A DNA stretch of 64,000 bases, from contig DRFQ01000009.1 of NCBI GenBank assembly GCA_011050465.1, positions 128,334-192,333 of the forward strand, read 5' to 3'. Origin of the DNA: Candidatus Nealsonbacteria bacterium (GTDB lineage Bacteria > Patescibacteriota > Minisyncoccia > Minisyncoccales > RBG-13-36-15). Positions 36,940 to 43,632 of this stretch are shown here, piece by piece (positions within the stretch are counted from its first letter, which is position 1; every line of letters starts with the position of its first letter). The position numbers and the translations under genes were made by a program. Below the pieces are notes generated by a model. The model searched no databases. It saw only the letters and a list, made by a program, of their open reading frames with translations, and was not told the DNA's origin.

Positions 36940-36953
36940 AAATGTCGCACAAG
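36940..36953 (-). repeat. right copy of the 14-bp inverted repeat
   Basis: Plus strand reads AAATGTCGCACAAG, the reverse complement of 25499-25512. Confidence 0.85.
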
Positions 36954-36994
36954 ATGCGTTATGCGACGCACATCATGATTATACGTATCAGGGA

Positions 36995-37027
36995 AACAAA
37001 AAAGGCCTCTGGCTGGTGCCTGAGGCT
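36995..37027 (-). terminator. T1-family terminator (cassette a)
   Basis: Minus strand reads GCCTCAGGCACCAGCCAGAGGCC plus a T-run. The 30 nt at 36999-37028 are identical to 37464-37493. Confidence 0.8.
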
Positions 37028-37040
37028 AAGGAATTCTTGA

Positions 37041-37388
37041 TTAGAGGGCTGCGAAAAGTTCTTTTAGTGCAGGAAGCTCCTCTTTGCAAATAGTAAGGTG
37101 TCGAGATGGCCATCCGCCAAAACTCATTTTTGATTTATTCCCTATCAATAGTCTGTAATAGTATTCTTCTTCTACTAATCGTGCTACCCTTGGTGCTTTT
37201 TCTGTTGCTATGGAGCCTCTAAGCCGAACTTCTCCTACGATTCTTGTTTTATTTCCCCTTTCCTTTTCCATTTTTGGGTCTACTCTACGAATAGTCTCAA
37301 CGAAAGCTGAAATCGAGTGTGTTCCGCTTCTTCTTCTGGCAGAACGACGAGCACTTAGAACTATTGCACTTGTTGTTCTTTTTGCCAT
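37041..37388 (-). CDS. hypothetical protein (115 aa), cassette a
   Basis: Track ORF trimmed: the -10 box sits at 37432-37437, and GGAGGTGAAAACAATG gives MAKRTTSAIV... Confidence 0.55.
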   Translation of the reverse strand: MAKRTTSAIVLSARRSARRRSGTHSISAFVETIRRVDPKMEKERGNKTRIVGEVRLRGSIATEKAPRVARLVEEEYYYRLLIGNKSKMSFGGWPSRHLTICKEELPALKELFAAL

Positions 37389-37431
37389 TGTTTTCACCTC
37401 CACAGGTTGTATAAGAGCTATTTGATACTTC

Positions 37432-37460
37432 ACCCTATTACATCCTTAGTTTTTTGTCAA
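37432..37460 (-). promoter_or_regulatory. P1-family promoter (cassette a)
   Basis: Minus strand reads TTGACAAAAAACTAAGGATGTAATAGGGT. Confidence 0.65.
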
Positions 37461-37462
37461 AA

Positions 37463-37491
37463 CAAAAAGGCCTCTGGCTGGTGCCTGAGGC
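37463..37491 (-). terminator. T1-family terminator (cassette b)
   Basis: Identical hairpin to cassette a. Its T-run runs straight into the -35 of promoter a. Confidence 0.8.
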
Positions 37492-37534
37492 TATGGAAAG
37501 AACAAAAAAACCTTGTATTGTATGTGAAGGTTCT

Positions 37535-37777
37535 TTAATACCCCGTCGTAAAAATTGTAATCGTTATAAAAAACGATAATAATACATATAGTAAAATGAA
37601 GGTTCTCTTGCCTTCTTGCAACCAAAAGGTGAACGAGGCTATCCACATACTAACTGCCATAATAAAATGCAAGAAAATGGAACCAAAAAAGATATTTAAC
37701 ATACTCATAACAACCACAAAAAAAATAATTCTTAGGGCGATACTTCTCTTCTCTATACTTTGATCCATTGTCCTCAT
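37535..37777 (-). CDS. small membrane protein (80 aa, 3 TM), cassette b
   Basis: Hydrophobic throughout; own promoter and terminator. Confidence 0.55.
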   Translation of the reverse strand: MRTMDQSIEKRSIALRIIFFVVVMSMLNIFFGSIFLHFIMAVSMWIASFTFWLQEGKRTFILLYVLLSFFITITIFTTGY

Positions 37778-37813
37778 TTCCTAGTTTGGAACGAACTAAC
37801 GAAGAACTGCTTA

Positions 37814-37842
37814 ACTCTATTACAACCTTAGTTATTTGTCAA
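37814..37842 (-). promoter_or_regulatory. P1-family promoter (cassette b)
   Basis: Minus strand reads TTGACAAATAACTAAGGTTGTAATAGAGT. Confidence 0.65.
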
Positions 37843-37843
37843 A

Positions 37844-37867
37844 CCCTTCGATAAACTCAGGGTAAAC
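37844..37867. repeat. GC-rich mini-repeat copy (inverted orientation)
   Basis: CCCTTCGATAAACTCAGGGTAAAC, wedged between terminator c and promoter b. Confidence 0.6.
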
Positions 37868-37900
37868 AAAAAGGCCTCGATGCTCTGCTGAGCCGAGGCT
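37866..37900 (-). terminator. terminator (cassette c)
   Basis: Minus strand reads GCCTCGGCTCAGCAGAGCATCGAGGCC plus TTTTTGTTT. Confidence 0.7.
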
Positions 37901-37917
37901 TGTACAGAATATGTCTC

Positions 37918-38235
37918 TTAGTTCAAAAGTTTTTGAAGATCTTCTCCTTGTAGAACTTGCCGTTGACCTTCTGTTGGCTCAAAAGTTAGCTGTTCTGAAA
38001 CCCAGATAAATAGGGATCCTCTTTGAAGAAATCTTTCTCTTTGAAGAAAAATAAATCTTCCCTTTGGAGTTACGATCGAGACCTCACGGTTACAAAGATC
38101 GCTTGGTATTCCAAAGGGATCGCCGAACGTTACAACTTGAAGATCAGAAAGACTCAAAGCAATATTGTTGGTTGCTGCCAGTTTTTCTGCGGCTTTCATC
38201 TCTTCTGAAATTTCGGTTAGGTCGATTCTGTCCAC
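37918..38235 (-). CDS. hypothetical protein (105 aa), cassette c
   Basis: GTG start 6 nt after AAGGAGG. Confidence 0.55.
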   Translation of the reverse strand: MDRIDLTEISEEMKAAEKLAATNNIALSLSDLQVVTFGDPFGIPSDLCNREVSIVTPKGRFIFLQRERFLQRGSLFIWVSEQLTFEPTEGQRQVLQGEDLQKLLN

Positions 38236-38282
38236 GTTTCCCCTCCTTATTTAGGAATGAATGAACTAATTAACGATTTTTA

Positions 38283-38311
38283 ATTATATTACATCCTTAG
38301 TTATTTGTCAA
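38283..38311 (-). promoter_or_regulatory. P1-family promoter (cassette c)
   Basis: Minus strand reads TTGACAAATAACTAAGGATGTAATATAAT. Confidence 0.7.
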
Positions 38312-38451
38312 CTCAAAATAGCCCTATTTTTGGAAAAAATCAAATTCCTTCCCCACCCCGCCTATCGATATCTGTCTACCGACAAATCCACAAAAAATAC
38401 CATAGCGGGAACAAGCTAAAAAATTATTAGGGCTTTAACGACGTGCAACCG

Positions 38452-38480
38452 TTGACAAATCACTAAAAATATAATATGGT
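38452..38480 (+). promoter_or_regulatory. P1-family promoter (cassette d)
   Basis: TTGACAAATCACTAAAAATATAATATGGT. The 5'UTR (CTTATACAACGGAGGTAAAAACAATG) is homologous to that of cassette a. Confidence 0.65.
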
Positions 38481-38522
38481 TAGATATCAATAGATAGCCC
38501 TTATACAACGGAGGTAAAAACA

Positions 38523-38717
38523 ATGAAAGGAAGCGAAGTAGTAGGAAAGTGCCCACACTGTGGAGGAGACATTATTGACCGAAAAAAGCTCGTGGGTATA
38601 GTTGCCATTTTGATGCAAAGTCCGACACCAGAACTGGCTGTTGAAAAAATAACAGAGAATGAAAAGCCATATTTCTGCGGCGATTGTAGTGAGGAATTCG
38701 ACACTGTTCCGTCGTAA
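38523..38717 (+). CDS. zinc-ribbon protein (64 aa), cassette d
   Basis: CPHCGG...CGDC. Confidence 0.6.
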   Translation: MKGSEVVGKCPHCGGDIIDRKKLVGIVAILMQSPTPELAVEKITENEKPYFCGDCSEEFDTVPS

Positions 38718-38742
38718 CCGATTAGAGAGCTTTCGTTCATAT

Positions 38743-38776
38743 CCTCAGGCGCAAGCCAGAGGCCTTTTTTGTTTTT
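38743..38776 (+). terminator. T1-family terminator (cassette d)
   Basis: CCTCAGGCGCAAGCCAGAGGCC plus TTTTTTGTTTTT. Confidence 0.8.
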
Positions 38777-38847
38777 CTCTTGATCCCCTACCACTTTTTA
38801 TCTTTTATGTTTACATTCTATCTCAAACCTAAAAAAGTGGTGGGGGG

Positions 38848-38875
38848 TTGACTAAAGCTGTAGAAGAATTATCAT
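38848..38875 (+). promoter_or_regulatory. promoter of structured element copy 1
   Basis: GGTGGGGGGTTGACT-N16-TATCAT, about 85% identical to 44487-44520 on the minus strand. Confidence 0.6.
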
Positions 38876-38881
38876 TAACTC

Positions 38882-39079
38882 AGGAGAGAGGAGGTGGTCG
38901 CTTTTACCTTCGCGAACAACCCAGGCTGGGGCGGCCTGGGACGAATGACCTCCCTCTGGTCATTGGTCACTTTCTCTCTCCTATCAACTCTTTACAGTTC
39001 TTTCTACGACAAGCTCTTTGGGACGTATGTCCCACATCGCAGGGCCACCACCAACAACAACATCGGTGGCCTTTTTTTT
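38882..39079 (+). ncRNA. structured non-coding element, copy 1 (about 200 nt)
   Basis: 15-bp closing helix GGAGAGAGGAGGTGG / CCACTTTCTCTCTCC. Inner hairpins CCCAGGC/GCCTGGG and AATGACC/GGTCATT. 3' hairpin TGGGAC-GTAT-GTCCCA, then terminator GGCCACC...GGTGGCC plus T8. Confidence 0.5.
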
Positions 39080-39106
39080 GACAAATCATTAAGGATGTAA
39101 TATGGT
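39078..39106 (+). promoter_or_regulatory. P1-family promoter
   Basis: TTGACAAATCATTAAGGATGTAATATGGT; its -35 overlaps the preceding T-run. Confidence 0.65.
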
Positions 39107-39151
39107 TAAGTAGCAATAAACAGCACATTCCCAAGAAGAAGGGAATCAAAG

Positions 39152-39550
39152 ATGGCTCAAAGCCCATCGGAAATAGAAAAGAAAACCCGCCTTAAAGAAT
39201 TATGGATGTTACTATTTGGTAACCCAATCAATCTAACTGACCCCGAGATTGAAAGATTACTTGAGTCTGAAAAAGAACTTAGAACAATTTTGCATTTTAC
39301 CTACAGTGGATTTCCCCATCAGATAGAAAGAGTAAAAAAACATCATGCCAAAAAGAAAGAGCTATCTGAACTGCCTACAGAGAAGTTGGTGGAAATGAAA
39401 TGTGCGATAGAAGAAAATAGACTGGCTGTTCTTAGGTCAACCAACGAGGAAGAACTTTCAGATTCATTCTTTGAGGCTCCTCCCATTGACTCCAATGAAC
39501 ACATCCTGAATGAGATTCTAAAAGAACGGGGTGTTGACTGGCGAAAATAG
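39152..39550 (+). CDS. hypothetical protein (132 aa), cassette e
   Basis: Own P1 promoter and terminator. Confidence 0.55.
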   Translation: MAQSPSEIEKKTRLKELWMLLFGNPINLTDPEIERLLESEKELRTILHFTYSGFPHQIERVKKHHAKKKELSELPTEKLVEMKCAIEENRLAVLRSTNEEELSDSFFEAPPIDSNEHILNEILKERGVDWRK

Positions 39551-39588
39551 AAAGATTCTTAAACAGGCAATCCCGATTCGATATATAA

Positions 39589-39622
39589 GCCTCTGGCTCA
39601 CGCTAAGAGGCCTTTTTGTTTT
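39589..39622 (+). terminator. T1-like terminator (cassette e)
   Basis: GCCTCTGGCTCACGCTAAGAGGCC plus TTTTTGTTTT. Confidence 0.75.
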
Positions 39623-39720
39623 CCGGCTTGCCTCGGGCTTGAATTCTTTTATTTAACATGATAGGCTAAAAATCCAAACATAGCACCTTTACAGCTTAGA
39701 CCGAAAAGGGGGTAAGAAAA

Positions 39721-40293
39721 GTGAAATACCTCTTGTTGCTTTATCTAATCCAGCCCTACATAGATGTTTTCATTGGCGAAGAACCGCCCGACGTAAAGAA
39801 AAAATTTGCTGCCCTCTATAAAAAGATTGTGCGAGAAAGATATCCAGGGTTCCAAGTAGTTTGTGTATTTTTTTCTAAACCAAGCGAAAAAAAAGAACCT
39901 GACCTTTCTCAGAAGTGGGATATTTTTTCACTTGAAGAAAGCTATACTATAGAGGCCTGTGGAGTAACATTCGCTGATCATTGTGATAATCAAACATATC
40001 CCAAAGAAAACGACATTCTTGAATTATGTCCTGGCCCAATTGATGAATTGATTGTTAGCGGATTCCATTTTTCTGATTGCGTAGAAAAAATTGCCAAGTT
40101 TGCCCACAAGCAAGGCATTCAAGTTTTTGTAGATGAAGATCTAACAGAATTATTCTTTTATGGAATAAAAATGGGAGTTCCAATTTCTCGTGAAGCAAGC
40201 ATAAGAAGAACAAAAAAGTTGTTCAGAGAAAGTTTGCTTCTGGATTTTGTGCGCGAAAACCGTAAAGGGAGACCATGGCTGGTCCAGCTTTAA
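39721..40293 (+). CDS. hypothetical protein (190 aa), weak isochorismatase/cysteine-hydrolase-like C-terminal pattern
   Basis: GTG start after AAGGGGG. LIVSGFHFSDCVEKIAKFAHKQGIQVFVDEDL resembles the isochorismatase-fold core. Promoter CCTCGGGCTTGAAT at about 39633-39670. Confidence 0.5.
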   Translation: MKYLLLLYLIQPYIDVFIGEEPPDVKKKFAALYKKIVRERYPGFQVVCVFFSKPSEKKEPDLSQKWDIFSLEESYTIEACGVTFADHCDNQTYPKENDILELCPGPIDELIVSGFHFSDCVEKIAKFAHKQGIQVFVDEDLTELFFYGIKMGVPISREASIRRTKKLFRESLLLDFVRENRKGRPWLVQL

Positions 40294-40493
40294 GCTGAGT
40301 CACCAATACGACTTGGCTTTTTTTGTTCTTAATGACCAATAGTAGCTCGCCGTTTGTAACCTAAGAAGCCATGGATAATGGTCTGCTAATCTCTCGACTC
40401 CGCTCAGGGTGGTAAGCCTATCGAACCATTGGCTTAAGTTTGAGATGGAGGCAAGGATTTAATGCCCGAGAGTTGTTGCCCCTCGTGAAAAAC

Positions 40494-40522
40494 TTGACAA
40501 ATTCAAAGTATGGGAGTATAAT
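40494..40522 (+). promoter_or_regulatory. consensus promoter of structured element copy 2
   Basis: TTGACA-N17-TATAAT. Confidence 0.65.
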
Positions 40523-40528
40523 GCTATT

Positions 40529-40797
40529 ATTGACTGATATTCGTTCTTTTTGAAAAAATGTTGTCAGCTATTCAGCAAATTGTTCATCTGAAAAGGTGGT
40601 CAGCTTGCTGGACAGATGAAAGGAGACGTTCGCCAATAGCCCAAGATGGTGGAGCTGTCGCAGGCGCCGGCCAGCTTGGGCGCACTAGATCAACCAGATC
40701 ATCCGCGCGTATACCTGCCATCTGTTCGGCACAGCACTTTTCGAGGACTTATGTCCTCACCTATAGGGTCACCCATAACAACAACGGTGGCCCTTTT
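40529..40797 (+). ncRNA. candidate non-coding transcript sharing the 3' module of copy 1
   Basis: GAGGAC-TTAT-GTCCTC hairpin plus GGGTCACC..AACAACAAC..GGTGGCCC terminator. There are two compensatory changes relative to 39019-39071. Confidence 0.35.
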
Positions 40798-40829
40798 ACT
40801 TTCTACCTATCTTTTAGATGGGTTTTTGT

Positions 40830-40858
40830 TTGACAAATAACTAGAAATGTAATAATAT
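40830..40858 (+). promoter_or_regulatory. P1-family promoter
   Basis: TTGACAAATAACTAGAAATGTAATAATAT. Confidence 0.6.
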
Positions 40859-40903
40859 CGAATTAAATAGTACATTTGTCGCCATAACGACAAGGAGGTA
40901 GTA

Positions 40904-41083
40904 ATGGCGAACGAGATTTTATTATGCGGCGGCGCAGTTTTACAAGGCGTCGAGAGAGCGGTTGATGAGGGGGGTGAGGATCTTGTTGTCACCCTAGAAA
41001 ATGTAGGGACAGTTCTTGTTCCTAAAGGGAATATAGCAAAGATTGACATACTAATAGAAACCGAAGAAGAACCCGACGAATAA
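40904..41083 (+). CDS. hypothetical acidic protein (59 aa, below the track cutoff), cassette f
   Basis: AAGGAGGTAGTAATG. MANEILLCGGAVLQGVERAVDEGGEDLVVTLENVGTVLVPKGNIAKIDILIETEEEPDE. Terminator at 41124-41151. Confidence 0.55.
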   Translation: MANEILLCGGAVLQGVERAVDEGGEDLVVTLENVGTVLVPKGNIAKIDILIETEEEPDE

Positions 41084-41123
41084 ATAATTTCTAGTTCTTT
41101 ACTTACTATTCAATCCTTCTTCA

Positions 41124-41151
41124 AGGTCTCGCTCAGAGACCTTTTTGTTTT
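41124..41151 (+). terminator. intrinsic terminator (cassette f)
   Basis: AGGTCTC-GCTCA-GAGACCT plus TTTTGTTTT. Confidence 0.75.
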
Positions 41152-41171
41152 CAAAAGGAGTTATTGGGCTT

Positions 41172-41246
41172 GCCCTCCCAAATTCGCCGCAGAGGCGAAC
41201 TTAGGCGGGCTTGACTTATTTATTGAGGTTGTTATGATATAAAATC
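41172..41246 (+). repeat. 75-bp inverted repeat, left arm (hairpin plus promoter)
   Basis: GCCCTCCCAAATTCGCCGCAGAGGCGAACTTAGGCGGGCTTGACTTATTTATTGAGGTTGTTATGATATAAAATC. 74/75 identical to the reverse complement of 45285-45359. Confidence 0.9.
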
Positions 41247-41283
41247 GTAGAGGAAGGACAGCACTTTCAAGGAGGTTAAAAAG

Positions 41284-41568
41284 GTGGCAGAGACAACCGA
41301 AAACAAACGGCAAAGTGGACAAGTCAAAGATGGAAAATGGTTGGTGCTAACCGAGAGTACTAGAAAGCCAGACAAGTGCTATACACATACCTGTGGCACA
41401 GAAATTTTAGGCGAAAAAATAGCTCATCCTGTTTGGGATGGTCCGACTCCACTTTCTGGACACGGTCAGTGCGAATATGAAATGGTTCCTTATTGTCCAA
41501 AATGCGAAAATAAACCAAACCCTCAAGGGGTGCCGATAACTCCCAAGGGTAGCCATCGTAATCTTTGA
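41284..41568 (+). CDS. zinc-ribbon protein, paralog of 2054..2371
   Basis: GTG start 8 nt after AAGGAGG; shared C..CG..IL...VPYCP.CE..P pattern. Confidence 0.6.
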   Translation: MAETTENKRQSGQVKDGKWLVLTESTRKPDKCYTHTCGTEILGEKIAHPVWDGPTPLSGHGQCEYEMVPYCPKCENKPNPQGVPITPKGSHRNL

Positions 41569-41752
41569 CCTAATTACTTTATAGGTTCTTGGTAGAAGTT
41601 CTTTTAATTAATCCGATATAAACCGCAATCCGGCTCAAGGTCCTCCCGACACTCGTCAGGAGGCTTTTTTATTTCCCCGATACGCTCACAGGACAGAAAC
41701 TAAAAAAAACGGCACGAAATTATCGTACCGACCAAAACAGCAACACGTATTT

Positions 41753-42724
41753 TTAATGTACCTGCTTTTGCCTGATTATTTCCCGCAATACTCCCTCAAC
41801 TAATTTCAGGCTTTTTTCGTCTATTATAGAGACAGCCAGCACTTCTTTTCCTGTTTTTTTGAGGAGGGCCATTTTCTTTTTAATGTCTTTTTCGGGCAGT
41901 AAGTCGGTTTTGGTCAGAAAAACGTATTCCGGCTTTAATAAAAGCTCCTTATTGTAAACCTCAAGTTCATTCCTGATGGTTTTGTAGTCTGCCAAAGGAT
42001 CTTGGGATTCAGACGAAATAAAATGGAAAAGGATTTTTGTTCTTTCAATGTGCCGAAGGAATTTAATGCCTAAACCCTTGCCTAAAGAAGCTCCCTCAAT
42101 AAGGCCCGGGACGTCAGCCAAAACGAGCCCGTAATAAACTCCCAAGTTGGGATTCAGGGTCGTAAAAAGATAATTAGCCACTTTACTTTTAGCCTTGGTC
42201 AGCTCGTTTAATAAACTGGATTTACCGACATTCGGCAAGCCGACAAACCCAACATCAGCTATCATCTTCAATTCCAATCTCAATTCGTATTCCTGCCCCA
42301 AAGAACCTTCTTCAAATTCCCTGGGAGTCGTATTAATAGATGATCTAAATTTAAAGTTGCCCCGCCCTCCTTTGCCGCCTTCAGCCATCAATGAACGCTG
42401 CCCTACAAAAACAATTTCTGAATCCTGTTTCAAGAACAAATTATGAATGACCGTACCCACGGGTACCTTTAAGAAAAGGTCTTTACCGTCTGCGCCGTCG
42501 TTGAATCCCTTTTTGCCGTTTTCCCCATTTTCAGCTGACAGTTCTTTTTTGTAGCGAAATTGATTCAAAACACTTAGATCAGAAACCCCTTCAAGATAAA
42601 CACTGCCTCCCCGACCGCCGTCCCCACCGGTAGGCCCGAGAGTCATTTTAACCTTACTGAAAGCCACGGCCCCCCTGCCGCCGTCACCAGCTTTCACCCT
42701 AATTTTGACGTCGTCAATCAGCAT
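41753..42724 (-). CDS. obg: GTPase Obg
   Basis: Gly-rich Obg fold (GGDGGRGG, GGKGGRGN) and GLPNVGKSS G1 motif. Confidence 0.93.
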   Translation of the reverse strand: MLIDDVKIRVKAGDGGRGAVAFSKVKMTLGPTGGDGGRGGSVYLEGVSDLSVLNQFRYKKELSAENGENGKKGFNDGADGKDLFLKVPVGTVIHNLFLKQDSEIVFVGQRSLMAEGGKGGRGNFKFRSSINTTPREFEEGSLGQEYELRLELKMIADVGFVGLPNVGKSSLLNELTKAKSKVANYLFTTLNPNLGVYYGLVLADVPGLIEGASLGKGLGIKFLRHIERTKILFHFISSESQDPLADYKTIRNELEVYNKELLLKPEYVFLTKTDLLPEKDIKKKMALLKKTGKEVLAVSIIDEKSLKLVEGVLREIIRQKQVH

Positions 42725-42898
42725 ATTATTTAATTATTTTGCGCGTGGACTATAAAGCAACCTTATAATATCATATAATCCATAGATGCTAGAAGCCCAT
42801 ACATCTGGCATAGATTGTACGCTTTTTCATATAGCCTTATCCTGGATTTTTACTTGCTTTTTTATATATTTTTCCTATAATTAAAACGGAAGACAAAA

Positions 42899-43117
42899 AT
42901 GACAATAGAAACTATTTTTGATATTATAGGTTCCATCTCTTTCTTGATTATCGCAATATTTATCTGTGTCACATTTTACTATTTAATTAAAATCCTTAGA
43001 GATATTTCAAAAATAACCTACCGATTTCGCGAAAAAAGTGAGCAATTTGCAGGTTTAATTACAGCTCTAATAGCAATGCTTAAAAAGACAATAATCGGCA
43101 GAAAAAAAAGAAAATAA
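42899..43117 (+). CDS. small membrane protein (72 aa)
   Basis: One TM helix followed by an amphipathic helix. Confidence 0.5.
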   Translation: MTIETIFDIIGSISFLIIAIFICVTFYYLIKILRDISKITYRFREKSEQFAGLITALIAMLKKTIIGRKKRK

Positions 43118-43137
43118 TAAATATAAATATTAACAAT

Positions 43138-43470
43138 ATGACAGTCCAAAAAACCACAAAAAAAGGAACAGGCAAAAAAATATTGGCAGCCGCGATTTTG
43201 GGTGTGCTTGCCGGAATGCTGTTAGCTCCCAAGGCTGGCAAAAAACTAAGGAAGGATCTGAAAAATATTGCCCAAAAGATGGAGAAGGAGATAATTCGAC
43301 AGGCCGGAAGAACCAAGAAGCTAACTCAAGGAAAATATGAAGATATTGTGGAAACGATGGTCAATTCTTATACCAAGGCGAAAAAGATTAAAAAAGAGGA
43401 TGTGAAAGCGATAACCAGGAACCTCAAAAAAATCTGGATTGACTTGGTAAAGAAGATAAAATCGAGATAA
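43138..43470 (+). CDS. YtxH-like protein
   Basis: ILGVLAGMLLAPKAGKKLRKDLK. Confidence 0.7.
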   Translation: MTVQKTTKKGTGKKILAAAILGVLAGMLLAPKAGKKLRKDLKNIAQKMEKEIIRQAGRTKKLTQGKYEDIVETMVNSYTKAKKIKKEDVKAITRNLKKIWIDLVKKIKSR

Positions 43471-43510
43471 GCTTCGTGCAATTAATGGTTGATTTTTTAC
43501 CCCAGCGTGC

Positions 43511-43538
43511 GTCACGCTGGGTTTTTTCTTGCTCTTCT
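43511..43538 (+). terminator. intrinsic terminator
   Basis: CCCAGCGTG-CGT-CACGCTGGG plus TTTTTTC. Confidence 0.8.
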
Positions 43539-43632
43539 CCTATTTTTAGAAAAAGACGAATTTGTTCAATGGGACAAAAAAAAGCTCGCCGGAATGGCGA
43601 GTTTTAAAACGCAAAATTAACTAAGGTACTAT

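Noticed and set aside
38848-39100. Track ORFs 38848..39081 (77 aa) and 38894..39100 (68 aa) as protein-coding genes.
   Set aside because: They start inside the -35 box or inside the SD-like GGAGG, and they read through the intrinsic terminator and the next promoter. The blocks conserved with the 44.4-kb copy fall in different frames. A structured non-coding element explains them better.
40558-40840. Track ORFs 40558..40833 (91 aa) and 40646..40840 (64 aa).
   Set aside because: There is no SD, and they run through the terminator hairpin and the next promoter. The similarity to 39.0 kb is explained by compensated RNA hairpins. Kept only as a low-confidence ncRNA.
40807-41049. Track ORF 40807..41049 (-, 80 aa).
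   Set aside because: The opposite strand has a P1 promoter, a perfect AAGGAGG-N5-ATG, a 59-codon ORF and a terminator.
36995-41151. The cassette array as a CRISPR array or a classical integron.
   Set aside because: The repeats are promoter and terminator modules at irregular 0.3-0.7 kb spacing with ORFs between them, so this is not a CRISPR array. The hairpins lack the GTTRRRY/RYYYAAC attC cores, the cassettes carry their own promoters, and the only recombinase (6915..7871) is 29 kb away and shows no IntI-specific features I can see.
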